A DNA stretch of 63,946 nucleotides, the filler included, from Asterionella formosa (taxonomy: Eukaryota), in the NCBI GenBank assembly GCA_002256025.1. It is 5 parts of 5 records of this genome, joined end to end, with 100 filler letters (N's around TTAATTAATTAA, not from the genome) between each part and the next. Parts side by side here need not be neighbours in the genome. Positions count along the whole stretch, not along the records: positions 1 to 13,112 come from NKIB01006941.1; 4 more parts are not named here. The stretch is one strand, 5' to 3'. The position numbers and the translations under genes were made by a program. Positions 1 to 11,430 of this stretch are shown here, piece after piece. The notes beneath the pieces were generated by a model. The model did no database searches and was not told the origin of the DNA. It saw only the letters and a program-made list of their open reading frames with translations. The number at the start of each line of letters is the position of its first letter. The stretch's first letter is position 1.

Positions 1-199
1 CCGAGTATCTCCTTGATAGGATTCCATTGTTGCTGCTGCCACGGAATTTTTTCCAAATTGTTGCTGTTTGTTTAGTCTCCTGTCCCACATGCTTCATTGT
101 AGTTGGGATCAAGCTATTGTGCACATAGACTAGCTATGCATTAATTCAATGGACAACTCCTTCAAGTGACATACTCTGTACTATCTTTTATATGCATCC

Positions 200-1558
200 A
201 TACTCAAAACGGCTTCCCAGCAGGAAAGTCTAGTTTATCATCAATGCCTGGGTAAATGGGACACTCCCCCAATCCTTGGCTGAGTGGCACACAAGATATT
301 CCTCCACCTCTAAGAAATTATGGAGGAAGCGGGGAGAAAGACAGCGGTACACACATGATTTGATATCATCAACTAGATTATCATCGACATGCAGTTGGGA
401 GGAGGAGGTCATGAGCCGTATGTCCACTATATGCCATTCCATGCATGTGATGTGACAAGTGACAGAGCACATGTAGAAACAAACAGAGGGGCGCCTGCCC
501 TCAATCCACCGTCAGAGACTTTTCAGGCACATCTCCGATCCCTTTCAACATACAGGTAACGACTAGTAGCTAGTCAAACAAGTGAGATTGCCTCCATCCA
601 ATGAAACAAGACTGCGTCGTCATTTACTGTTAGGTCTCCCTAGCTTTATAGGCACAGTCGGGTCATTAAAAATGGAGCAGCCTCGTTTGGATGGTCACTT
701 CATTTAAGCTCCATAGAAAGAAAAATCAATAAGGAAATGGCATTTTGTGCTGGACCACCAGTGGATGGGGAACCAGAGGCTGCCAATAGCCCCACTTGAG
801 CAGAATTATTCGCAATAGCATCAGCGCTCTCTTTTGTTTCTGAATTCATTAGTTTTTATTTAATCGGGACCACCAGCCTTCTTCAGATTTGGAGTGACAG
901 CGCGATTTACAACGGCTGGCTTCACTAATTATCACAGGCTATTGCAGTGGGTTGACCAAATAAACAAAGATGCGGACATTGTATCCTTTTTACAGGTTTA
1001 GTACTTCAGCATCTTCAGATAGTATCCACAAAACTGGAATGGATTACAGCCCACGCACAGAGACAGCGCAGTGCACCACACACGGAAGAGCAAAGGAGCG
1101 GTACTGAATAGCAGCATTAGAGCGGATCATCTGGCCCCGATCAGCCAATACCTCTTGGTACTACAACACCCAGAGGGACAGGCTGGTCATACTCTAGCCA
1201 ACGCTTTCCACTTCCCTTCCATGGAAGCAAGCAAGCTTAAGTATTGGTAAAACCAGAATCCATAGCGCCACGTCTCATAGGATGAGGCTTCACATACAGG
1301 AAAAACAGTACGAAGAATTCTTAATGGAAAAACACAACATATCATTCCCATACAAGTAACATGATCAATTGGGTCGCTTTTTCCAAGGCATTTTAACAGA
1401 AAGGGAGATCTGAGCAAGCAAGTTATGTTGTTGAAGTTCGTCCATGGTTGGCTTTCAATGGACTTACGCAGAGCTATCTCGACCAAAGGGAGCGAGCTGC
1501 AAGTGTCCCCACTGTCATGAGTAGTATGAGATCGCCGAACATAGTATGCTAGTAACAT
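200..1558 (+). mobile_element. Decayed non-LTR retrotransposon 3' region (RNase H + C-terminal zinc knuckle), Ambal/L1-like
   Basis: Broken + strand frames give RNase H motifs IGTVGSLK/NGAASFGW (648-694), GPPVDG..T*AELFAIASAL and QIWSDS in one frame, then LEWITAH and RADHLA. Downstream are INWVAFSKAF, LKFVHGWL and CKCPHCHE*YEIAEH (~1497-1540). Stops and frameshifts throughout; may continue to ~2200 past the SINE. Confidence 0.7.
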
Positions 1559-1712
1559 GGGGAACAAAGGGCTTAATTGGTCAGCACACCTCGTCATGAG
1601 GTGGCAGGTACGTTTCCTGCATTCTCCACCTGTCTTTCTTTTATGTAGTCCCTAGGGTTCCGGGATTGAGGCTGACAATGATACTGCTCCCATTGTGGTA
1701 CCATATGGACAA
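1559..1712 (+). mobile_element. tRNA-derived SINE-like element, family A, copy 1
   Basis: tRNA-like head GGCTTAATTGGTCAGC / CACCTC-GTCAT-GAGGTG / GCAGG-TACGTTT-CCTGC / ATTCTCCA. Body (CCTGTCTTT..ATGTAGTCCCTAGGGTTCC..CCATATGGACAA) is shared with 2210-2370. Confidence 0.65.
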
Positions 1713-2209
1713 TAACTATGCTATAAACGCCAGGAAGCGCTAGTACGCAGGCTCCCCTAGTACCAGCACTAGATTATTCCTAAAGCGCTTAACAAAGACA
1801 ATGAGTGTATAAATATAACTAGCTTCCAGGCTCTCAATGGGAGTCTGAAGGTAGCTCATGCAGCAAGAAGGCATTGAAAACTGTCCGAATTGTGGCGCAA
1901 TAGCGACAAATGAACGCATGATAACAAGAATATGTACACAACCCAAAAGTAGCTAAATTCAATCAGTGACTCCAAATCTCACCTAGGGGCTATGTCAATG
2001 AATATTCAGCAACCAAAGGCAGGACAAAGTGTTTTACCTGTTTGGATTGACTACTACCTGAAACGTGTATTTTCTCAAACGAGCTAAGGCACCATTTCAA
2101 CCAAGTTTGCACCATGCACATATTAGGGAAAAACCAAAATATGACTAAGACAGGAGGCGGCAATAGAACAACAAATAAAAAGGGTAATCTTATGATCACA
2201 TTTAGAGCA

Positions 2210-2370
2210 GGTGAATGGTTTAGTGGTTAGCACACCTTCTACGGTGGTGGGTTCAATTACTGAATTCTCCACCTGTCTTTTTCATGTAGTCCCTAGGGTT
2301 CCAGGGGGGGGGGGGCGGCTGCCGAAAAGATCACAGGTCCCGTTGTACCACCATATGGACAAACCAAACC
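2210..2370 (+). mobile_element. tRNA-derived SINE-like element, family A, copy 2
   Basis: Box A-like TGGTTTAGTGG, box B-like GGTTCAATTAC, acceptor-like GGTGAAT/ATTCTCC, same body as 1621-1712, ends in an AAACCAAACC tail. Confidence 0.65.
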
Positions 2371-2489
2371 GTTACTACTAATTGTGTCCATTTATTTGGG
2401 ACCGATTGAGATTATTGGATAGCTTTAACATAAAAGATAATATGCTTTATAGCCCATTCATACTCCCCTAGTTCTAGGCAAGTCTTTCA

Positions 2490-2790
2490 TTGTGCTACCT
2501 GCCAACAAGGCAGACCTTGTGCTTCCATGCTTGTTACCGGTAGCATAGGTGAAGATTCCCCAACCACCTTTCGCAAAAGGTGATCATCTTAGCCGCAGCG
2601 TTAGGGGAAACTCCGACTGCCTAGGAGCGAAGGCGGCATAAGTTGCTTTTAGGGGGCAGCCCACTAATTCTTGTCCACCAGACAAGACCGTGTGGGACGA
2701 CAGTAAGGAGTGTGGGAGTAGAACCCAACAATTGCTTCTCAAAAAAATTGCAGGAATCGAACAACGTACTAAACCACTTAGCCATTCCCT
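2490..2790 (-). mobile_element. tRNA-derived SINE-like element, family B, copy 1
   Basis: Minus strand has box A TGGCTAAGTGG (2774-2784) and box B-like GTTCGATTCC (2753-2762) and GGGTTCTACTCCC (2714-2726). Core 2570-2733 matches 8486-8615 in inverted orientation. Ends approximate. Confidence 0.6.
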
Positions 2791-3307
2791 GGATAGCTTG
2801 CTTAAACATACTATGTATGATAGCATTCTTACTAGTCTATTTCTAGGTTTGTCATCGTTGCTGTCCATGGCCCATATAAGGTGGGGCGATGGAATTTTGG
2901 ATAGGTATTCACTTCCTCGTGCAGAAGTAGGGTTTTAAAAAATTGTGGTATTGTTGTTCTTGGATTGGTTTTCATAGACTGCACTGTTCATGTCAGCCAG
3001 AGAATTGGATTGCGACTGGCGAGTACTACCGGTAAGCTAAAGGTTCGTTTTCTCCCATGCTCAGATATAGCTTTAGTCTTCCTCTATTAGGCAATTTCTA
3101 CCAGTCTGGTACAAATTACCGTACTGGTCTATACTTTTGTCCCGCGTGGACAAGCGTGACGATTGAGTGAATTCCCATGAATTCACACACACTACTACCG
3201 GTATTTAAAACCCCAAAATTTCAGTTGTTGGGACGGGAAAAATCACGAAATCTTGTTAACAACCGCATGGCATCCCGGCAATTAAGTAATTGGTTCGCTG
3301 CTTCACC

Positions 3308-6300
3308 ATGACGAGCAGAGCCAAATTCCAAACAAGGCGTCTGCAGCTATGGGTGAAACAGTCGGTTTCCAATGTTGTTTCAAGTGAAATGAAATTCGAT
3401 AGCGCTGAGCAAGGAACGAGTAGTGACGACAGAACACAGTGCCGCAATATCGATGAAGCTCTATCTGCCTTCCACGTAGACGAAGTTGATTTTGATGGTG
3501 ATCAGAGATCGATTCATAAATATCAACAAGAGTACGATTGGATACTGGATGGAGATTCGGAGCACAAGGCGGAATGCATAAAATCTCGGGAGCTTCTGCG
3601 ACAGCTGAATTACTTAGCAATTGACTCTGGGTTGAGTTGCGATATGGTGGATAAACAAGATTTGCAAGTACCTGAAACTCATGGTAACGAAGAAGAAAAT
3701 TTCATGCGTTTAAAGGCTGAGAAACACGAGGAAAGGAGAGGACCGGACACAGAAACATCACTGGAGGACGATGATTCCTGTTTTGGGGACTTTCAGACTG
3801 CGACAACTGTTAATGACCGCTACACCGACACTCTCTTTGAGGATATGAAATACAAAGGATCTTTTGATGGTGGAAAATTGAAAATCGTTCCATGTGACGA
3901 TCTGCTGCATCAAGATTCTGAATTTTCCATTACTATAGTTGACACCGTCAGCGACAACACCGTTGACCTTACTCAAATACAGCAAAGCGCGAACAGTAAG
4001 TTCCTCGAAGCGTTCAAGTCCCTAAATCTTGATGACCTAGCTTCTCCCGAAGGAAAATTTCTCCGAAGGCACCTTTCCGAATCTTACACGGAAGGCTCGA
4101 AACGCCGAATTATTGATGAATCATTTCAACAAGATATTCCAAGCAGCTTCTTTGAGGATGTTGACGACTCACTTGACGTGCTACGGTCCATACCATGGGA
4201 TCACATGCCCATTTGGAAGAACATGGATGACGTAGAAGTGATTGTTGTGGAAGATCATATTACTCGTCAATTGTCAATATTGGACGGCTTTCAATCGCAA
4301 CTGACCAAAGTGCTACTGGAGAGAGTTTCCGAGCTCCAGCCGAGGCTCGAGGAAGGTAATCGACTCGTGCACGATATGGATATAAATCTGAAGCTTGCAA
4401 AGTCATATGCAAACCGATCTCAAGAGGCGATGGAAGCAGCGACGGGACAGGAGCAGGATTTCACTGGCTTGTTGGGTGGACTTAGCCTGCTTCGCATGTG
4501 GGACCAAAAAGATATGCTCTCTGATTTTGCCGGTGTTTTATTGAAGTGCGCTAAATTGCTTGAAAAGGAGGAACATATCATGCAACAAATTAGCTCTTTC
4601 GGGGTCGACAATAACGACTTTCACCAAATTCTAATCGATGCCGAAATGCTACGAAGTGTTACATCGAAACAAGCAGAAGGAGGATTATCTGAATTGGATT
4701 GCTTGAAGCCATTGCATTATCGAGCGTGCACAATTCTGGGCCACTTTCGAAAGCGCATTGAGATTGCGTTGCAAGATCATGTGGCTAAGATTTGTGATTC
4801 GTGGGAGAACTTCTCGAGTGAATATTACAGGACATTACTATTGGCCACGCTTGAGGTACACAAGCATCAGCTAAATCAACTCGCCGAAACGGAAGCAGAA
4901 AGTGACAAATCAATAGCAATTCCACCAAATGTATCTGAAGCTTGGTCATCATGTATTCTGGATACTTTGGCTTATGAGTCTAGCAAGTGCTTTGCTCGAG
5001 CGCTATTGGACCCTCCTGGCGAAACGACCGACTCCGAATACGACGCTGATCTGATAAATCTAGCATTTGAGCTAAAGCGTGGCTTTGGAGACTATGCCAA
5101 GCTCAAGACAGTTACTCACAATTTAGTGACTCTTCGATTTGACTTCGAAGCTGACAAAAATTACTTACCGTCCGTATTTGAACGATTATGCACCCTCCTG
5201 ACCGACGTTTTACATGGACATTTTGTCATCGCCGAGTGGCACGATGAATTTCAATTTGGAACAGCTTTTCGAAAAATGATACGCGAAATGAAGTTGCCAT
5301 TGTGGAAATGTTGCGAACAAGTGCTGCTATCTTGTCTTTCCTCTTATCAGAGCTTCGCCACAACAAAGGCGTTGTTTCCTGAGAAGGATGATTCGAACAG
5401 TTGGCTAGTGGATCTGGAAGGTCTCCATGATGTGCTGCAGCTTACTAACCAATTCTTGTCACTGGGAAATGAGTTCCTAGATATAGACCAACTTGCTGAC
5501 ACGTCAATAGATTCTCTGTCTACAGGAAAGGAATCGAGTGAACTGCATACTAAACTCTGCGATATATTCAGGAAACATTTGCGATCAGTACACGTCGAAG
5601 CTATGAACTCTATGGGTATGATGCTATCAAAAGAGAGTTGGCAGCTAGTTCCTCTTCATGAACCATGTGACGTCAGGGATGTTGAGAGAATGATTAAGAC
5701 CGAGTTAATCAGCAGGATGGCCGAGTTCGGAAAGCAATCATGTAAAAGGCGAAAGTGGATGAATAAATTTTATGACAGAGGGGTAATGCGTGCATGCAAT
5801 CTGAAGTCACTGAAGAAATCTGGCAATCCATTCCTCGTCGAGGCCTTAGCCAACCAGGAAACCAGAAATTTCGATGTCGATTACTTTTCACTTGGACGGT
5901 CTCAAAACAAAATGGAGTCTCTTAACAAGATCGCCCTCCGGTCTGACAGTCACTTGTTCCAGATGATGGAACGAATGGTTGATGGCAGCGGTCTGCATCG
6001 GTTGGCAACACAGAGTGCAGCGTATGAGTTGATGAAGTGGACGTCAAGGCTTCTTTTTATCTCTCAAAAACTACCAATCATTGTTGATGATGCGATGCAG
6101 GTGTTGCGTAGTCTCTGTGACTTGTACTTTGTTACTGTATTTCGTCTTTGCATTGGAAATGCGTACAACGAGAGGATCGTTCTTGGAATCGATTGCGTTC
6201 AACCCTATATTGCACCGAGGAATACGGATTCCACTGCCAATCAGAAGGGGACAGAAAGTACGTTTATGGGATCGTTTGGGCTGATATCACCCAAAGCAAA

Positions 6301-7369
6301 ACGTAGATCATCACTTCCACCGCTTATCTCTCCAAATATCGTAGCAGAAATGTGTGCTCCACGACTTACTGAATCATCGACCGCTGGCCTCTTAAGGAAT
6401 TTCATCGAGAATGGACAAGCAAATCTCAGGGGCATTGTCAACCTTGACAGGATCGAAAAGTGGATGCCGGACCCAGTACAAAGCTTCGAAGATGACACCA
6501 AGGGCGATGAATTTATCTGCAATCTATCCAAAGTCCTTGAAAAGCGACAAGGTGCTGCTTGGAGTTGTCTGTTCGTTGCAGCATTGCTCGATGGTGTTTG
6601 CACCTTCGTGGAATCTACGTTCACATTCGCATACCTTGAACGATTGTTGGGACTCTCCCACGACGAGGAGAAGAAAGAAGACGATTCTGGGCCTTCAAAA
6701 CCTTTGATGGGTGTTGATTCCCTTGCTTCGTATGCGGATTCAGTTATACAAGTCATTCCTACACTTGTTGACGTTGCTAGTCGCATCGCTGCAATGAAGG
6801 CTATCCTTGGGCGACAAGTTGTCAAAGACATTAGCATGCTAGGGCCTAAATGGGCAGCCTCAAGACTAAACGAGCAACACAACGAATACGTCGACGAGCT
6901 CTGTGATCGATATGCTAATATGTGGCAATTCTTGTCAACCTCTGGAAAACTACCCCTTGGAGTGAGACTTTCCACATGGGAGCAACTTGTAGCTGCTGGG
7001 TTTCTCGCTATTCTTGAGGGATTTGCTCGTGTACCTTACTGTTCAACAGAAGGACGATCTTTGATGAGCATGGATATTGGCTCGTTTACTTCTGGAATAA
7101 GTCCTCGCTCCATTGCAGATAGAATCGAGGATGACGGGTTTGACAGGCCTCCAGCTGTCCTCCCCAGCCGAGGTCGATCATATGTTGACACCTACATCAA
7201 GGTCTTCTACTTTCCTGATGATGATGTCCTGGCATGGATTGGCTCTAACTACAAAAATTATCATTTAAACCACTGTCTCTCCCTGATTGCTGAGTGCAAT
7301 GGACGACCAACCAACACTTCTCCAGGAATCTTAAAGCAAAGCATCAAGAAAATGTACAATGTGAGCTAA
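3308..7369 (+). CDS. VPS50: VPS50/syndetin (EARP complex subunit) homolog, intronless
   Basis: 1359-aa ORF, first ATG at 3308. C-terminus LEGFARVPYCSTEGRSLMSMD...YVDTYIKVFY matches the syndetin C-terminal motif; internal MMLSKESWQ is also family-like. Confidence 0.85.
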   Translation: MTSRAKFQTRRLQLWVKQSVSNVVSSEMKFDSAEQGTSSDDRTQCRNIDEALSAFHVDEVDFDGDQRSIHKYQQEYDWILDGDSEHKAECIKSRELLRQLNYLAIDSGLSCDMVDKQDLQVPETHGNEEENFMRLKAEKHEERRGPDTETSLEDDDSCFGDFQTATTVNDRYTDTLFEDMKYKGSFDGGKLKIVPCDDLLHQDSEFSITIVDTVSDNTVDLTQIQQSANSKFLEAFKSLNLDDLASPEGKFLRRHLSESYTEGSKRRIIDESFQQDIPSSFFEDVDDSLDVLRSIPWDHMPIWKNMDDVEVIVVEDHITRQLSILDGFQSQLTKVLLERVSELQPRLEEGNRLVHDMDINLKLAKSYANRSQEAMEAATGQEQDFTGLLGGLSLLRMWDQKDMLSDFAGVLLKCAKLLEKEEHIMQQISSFGVDNNDFHQILIDAEMLRSVTSKQAEGGLSELDCLKPLHYRACTILGHFRKRIEIALQDHVAKICDSWENFSSEYYRTLLLATLEVHKHQLNQLAETEAESDKSIAIPPNVSEAWSSCILDTLAYESSKCFARALLDPPGETTDSEYDADLINLAFELKRGFGDYAKLKTVTHNLVTLRFDFEADKNYLPSVFERLCTLLTDVLHGHFVIAEWHDEFQFGTAFRKMIREMKLPLWKCCEQVLLSCLSSYQSFATTKALFPEKDDSNSWLVDLEGLHDVLQLTNQFLSLGNEFLDIDQLADTSIDSLSTGKESSELHTKLCDIFRKHLRSVHVEAMNSMGMMLSKESWQLVPLHEPCDVRDVERMIKTELISRMAEFGKQSCKRRKWMNKFYDRGVMRACNLKSLKKSGNPFLVEALANQETRNFDVDYFSLGRSQNKMESLNKIALRSDSHLFQMMERMVDGSGLHRLATQSAAYELMKWTSRLLFISQKLPIIVDDAMQVLRSLCDLYFVTVFRLCIGNAYNERIVLGIDCVQPYIAPRNTDSTANQKGTESTFMGSFGLISPKAKRRSSLPPLISPNIVAEMCAPRLTESSTAGLLRNFIENGQANLRGIVNLDRIEKWMPDPVQSFEDDTKGDEFICNLSKVLEKRQGAAWSCLFVAALLDGVCTFVESTFTFAYLERLLGLSHDEEKKEDDSGPSKPLMGVDSLASYADSVIQVIPTLVDVASRIAAMKAILGRQVVKDISMLGPKWAASRLNEQHNEYVDELCDRYANMWQFLSTSGKLPLGVRLSTWEQLVAAGFLAILEGFARVPYCSTEGRSLMSMDIGSFTSGISPRSIADRIEDDGFDRPPAVLPSRGRSYVDTYIKVFYFPDDDVLAWIGSNYKNYHLNHCLSLIAECNGRPTNTSPGILKQSIKKMYNVS

Positions 7370-8454
7370 TGTGCTTGGTAAATGCCATAATGCACACCTA
7401 TTGTAAATAATCAACATGTAAATTCACCACCAAAATGGTTTTATGATTCTTGTCTGGTCTGGTATGAAGGAATTAAGGAATGAACCAGTAATGCATGTTT
7501 TCTGCACACCTTTTCAGTTTTTTCTCTCTACCAATGATTTATGCCATGCCTGCTGGAAGAGATAGGCTGGCAATCAATTCCAAAAACCATTTGATGCCTG
7601 TTAAACTATCATTCAATAAATCCAAGTTATGTTCTGAATATGGAACATGTGTTCACCTACTTTGAGTGGTATTCAGCAACTGGAAGGCAGTTTGCTTATC
7701 CAGTTCAAAAATCAGTAACTTCTAGTCTTAGTCAGTAGCTTCTATTATATCAGCAACTTGTAGTCATAGTCTACATTTTCTGTTCATTGTCAGCAAATTT
7801 CTAGTCATATGTAGTCACCAACTGGATCAGTAATCATAAACATAAGAGTCATTTTGAAAATGTCAATGGACTACTATTTGATATCGTTGATATTGTTTAA
7901 CAAACAAACAAGCAAACAAAATTTGGTTTGACCCAAGCAACAGATTACCGTAGTGTTGAGTTTTCCATACTGTTTAAGTGTCAAATCTGTTTGTATCATC
8001 ATCATTTTGAATTGAGCACCTTTAAATTACATGAAGAAATGCAATGGACCAGTGGTAACTTCAATTTTCATTGTCAATATTAGTGTTATTACAATTACTA
8101 GTAAACAATTGCATTGAATATGTTGTGCCAGATATATGTTCTCAAATAGCAAAGCATCATTCTCAATTTTCGCGGAGATATTCGCTATTTTCATCGTCAT
8201 ACAGGCTGACAGAACATGACACAGGATCCTCCAGCTGCTCACAATGACTACACCACAGTGTTTTATATACAAAAGAATCGCAATATCTAAGCTAAGTAAT
8301 TATACTCATCCACTTACGAGGGCTACGTTGGGTAGCCTGAGCATGAATCCAGCCATAGTAAGTATGTGATATATTGCAAATACTGGCTTTTGCATCAGGC
8401 AGGCATATTAATGACTGTGACCATCATGTATATAGATATAAAATTCCATATATT

Positions 8455-8650
8455 TATGGTGGCTGCTGGTAAGGCTATCAGGGTATTGTTGGGTTCAACT
8501 CCCACACTCCTCATTTGTCATGCACAATCTTCCCTGGCCTGCAAGAAATAGTGGGTTGCCTTACTAGGCAGTCGGAGTTCCCCTAATGCTGCGGCTAAAA
8601 CAATCACCTTTTGCGCACAGGAGGTCTTGTCAGTAGGCCATGCTATGAAA
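8455..8650 (+). mobile_element. tRNA-derived SINE-like element, family B, copy 2
   Basis: Box B GGGTTCAACTCCC (8491-8503) and core CTAGGCAGTCGGAGTTCCCCTAATGCTGCGGCTAA..ATCACCTTTTGCG, near-identical to the reverse complement of 2570-2733 apart from an internal deletion. Confidence 0.6.
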
Positions 8651-8805
8651 AAACCACGTATAACCACGAGGTCTTAGAAAGCGCATTATATGTGATTACC
8701 CTTTATATAGATGCATAATACCCCAAGATTTATGTATTGTCATTTTTTACTATGTATATCAGCCATTAGCATGATAGCAGTTGGTGAACATATTCTGTTT
8801 GTTCC

Positions 8806-8960
8806 TCTGACCCCGACAGAATCATGTTCTCTGGTAAAAAACCCAATAATATTTTGATTGGGGGAATGAGTTTCTTCCTAAAATAGTTCCAGCCAAATCG
8901 AGTTTGAGCAGAAAAGTATTATTTCCAAACTGTCATCTCAGCAAATTTACCGCAACTTTA
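8806..8960 (-). repeat. Dispersed repeat, copy 1 (inverted); possible DNA-transposon end
   Basis: Reverse complement contains GATTTGGCTGGAACTATTTTAGG..ACTCATTCCCCCAATCAAAA and AAGTTGCGGTAAATTTGCTGAGATG, matching 14652-14910 and 63726-63946. Confidence 0.8.
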
Positions 8961-9099
8961 AGGCCAAAGAAGTTCTTCACAGACAAAAAGCGCATTTTAC
9001 GGATGGACCATACAATGTGGGAAGCAAGATTCGTTTTTCGGCAGATTTTTCGAGTTCCATATAGCTAGTGCATTGTTCTCTGTGCTGCATGACAGATAA

Positions 9100-9950
9100 T
9101 CTCAAATGGATGCTACAATCTATAGAAGAAAGATTGCACCAATCTTCTCTGCAAGGGTCTTGACTTGCTCTTATTACTTGATATTAGCAACTGGTGGTTC
9201 TTCCTGTTTGTATGTTTTTACTAGAATACAGACTGAAAATCCAGAGAGGAACACTGAAAAATTTTCCTTTTCTGGACCTCGAAATTTGCAGAAACAAACG
9301 ATGAATATATTTACACAGACTAGTGAGTGAGGAAGAGGATCACCAGCTGCAATGAATACTTAATGATTACTGTTCCCTTGGGCTTACAGGGTGTATAGAC
9401 TCAGGCGATTGATTGTGTGCACATTGGGTGGAATCCATGTCCCTATTTCCAGAAGAAAAGATTTAAAGGTTCCAATGGGTAGCTATCCATCAGTTGTTTT
9501 TGAGATGGTTTCTGATCACAGAAAGAAGCTTTTGTCCATCAGCTACCTACTACATCCAGGAACAAGAAATGATAATCACATAGTCAAGACGTTTTTTGCT
9601 GCTAAACACAATCTACACGACAGGAATTCTTTTCTGGGCAGGTAACAGTGGAATGTGCTCACTGTGGATTCATCTATAACATGTAAAGGCTACTATTTTA
9701 TATGTGTTGGAGGTTACCTGCATTGACCAATGATGATGAATTAAATATGGAAATGAACATGGAAAATATAGGGCGTGGGGTACTATGATGGTGGATTCTG
9801 TTCGAAAAGATATTAAATGCACTATCGGCATATTAAGCAAAAGGTCAATGGATATTCCTTAAGAAGTGGAAAAATCTGACTTGATCTGAAAACGTCAAAA
9901 AATATGTTCACATCATGCTGTATGCTCAAAAATATGCTATTAGACAGCAA
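9100..9950 (+). pseudogene. PIF/Harbinger-type DDE transposase remnant
   Basis: Fragments CTLGGIHV, YPSVVFEMVSDH, HPGTRNDNHIVK, KGYYFICVGGY, DSVRKDIKCTIGILSKR and CCMLKNMLLD occur in the order typical of DDE_Tnp_4-type transposases, with stops and frameshifts. Confidence 0.8.
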
Positions 9951-10252
9951 TGATGGTTACCTTGACTTTGCAGGTTCTGAAAGACAGCATCTTGCACATT
10001 AAGTGCAAGGTGATTGCATGGATGGAATTGCATGTTCCTACTACTAGACAAAGCAACTTAAATGAATGTGGTGGTCCTGGTAAACAATGATCATTTGACG
10101 AATTTCGTAAAAGTAGTAAGTTAGCAAGATAGCTTTATAAGTACTGAGTAGCTCTATCGTATACTATAGTCATGTGTATTTATGTTGCCTAATTTGTTCC
10201 TGCTCATCTGAGTTGTGCTTAGCAAAACATGCATCGCAAGATCAGATGCTCA

Positions 10253-11430
10253 TTACAATTCAAATACCGGAATGAACAATTTTAAATCAATGCAAAGATG
10301 TTCACTGTTGATGACTTGGTGGTCAATGCAAATCCCACTAAGTCCTTGAGAGTCCTCATCAAACTCATCTTTACGAGCAGTACAGGGAATTGATGTTGCA
10401 TTTGCTTGAGTGCCGAGTAAAGGAGCCACTGTAGGTGAAAGGACAATTTTTTCAGTCATAACTCTTCTTGTACTCTCAACATCATAATATTTTAGGGAAG
10501 GTTAATCGTCAATGCAATTAAGAACAGCTGCATGATATCTGTCTTCAGGGAGTATGTGTTTGAGCCTCTCGTATATATCAAGATGGGCAACAATCTCATC
10601 AGTTTTTCCCTTTCAAGTTTGTGTTGCTTGATAATTGATAGGCATTGGCATGATATTATCATGATGGTGCTTTCGTTCAGCCATGCTTTGCTTGTGCCTC
10701 ACTTTATTTGCTCGTTGCTGCTCCTTCTGCCTCTTCCCTTCTCGTTCTGCCAGCTGTATCCCTCTGTGACTAATATTTACGACATAACTTTCATTCACAT
10801 CTGGAACCAAGTGTTCATTCTTCCGAAAATCTTTAAAGTCAGCAAGTAGCACAATGTTGGATCTTTGTATTCCCATTGAATGGATGGGATTGGAACAGCA
10901 ACCGTGTTTTCGTGTTGACTGGTTGATTCACCAGGTAAATCCACTCCATCAATCATGATTTGACAGGCTGAATTCTTCTTCTGGAAACTTGGCTTGTAAA
11001 CATTGCATACGAATTTGAAGTAAGCCTTCTTCAAAACTTGTTCACTAGGAAGCTTGTGAAAATCCTGGGTCGTTTTTGAATCAGAAATGATAGTGTTGCG
11101 AAGTTTTTCCTAATCTCCTGCCACTTTCTCCAAAAGGTATCGCCTCTTGTCATGGTCGATTTTTCCCTATTTTCAGTATCTATGAAGGGGTCTTCATCCG
11201 CCCAGAATTCGAAAACACGCTTTCGCCATATCTCGAATTTCTCTTCCCTAGATGCGAACCTGTGTTGAATTTCATAAACAGCAGAAAATATAATGGCGAT
11301 CTGCACACTTCAAATCTTGTGCGCTTGAATGGAACCACTAATCCAATATCCAAGTCGGTTGCAAAATGAATGCTCCTCATCAGCAGTATATTCAGTTGGT
11401 CCTTGAGCCGCCATTGTAGGAACACACTCA
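10253..11430 (-). pseudogene. Fragmented second ORF convergent with the Harbinger transposase (Myb/SANT- or NAM-associated-like partner)
   Basis: Chain of short minus-strand ORF pieces (EYTADEE.., FWADED..FWRKWQEIRK.., basic REGKRQKEQQR). Position and orientation fit the two-gene Harbinger layout; domain identity is weak. Confidence 0.4.

Noticed and set aside
1559..1628. tRNA-Sec or UGA suppressor tRNA (TCA at the anticodon position)
   Set aside because: No long variable arm, poor acceptor stem, non-canonical loop; the second copy has a different loop. Better explained as a SINE head.
2895..2935. HDV-like ribozyme suggested by CACTTCCTCGTG
   Set aside because: Could not build P1/P2/P4 pairings or the J4/2 strand around it.
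6241..6975. 244-aa antisense ORF inside VPS50, and similar shadow ORFs in the HK, PPR, copia and RPA2 genes
   Set aside because: Antisense shadows of real coding sequence with no independent motifs.
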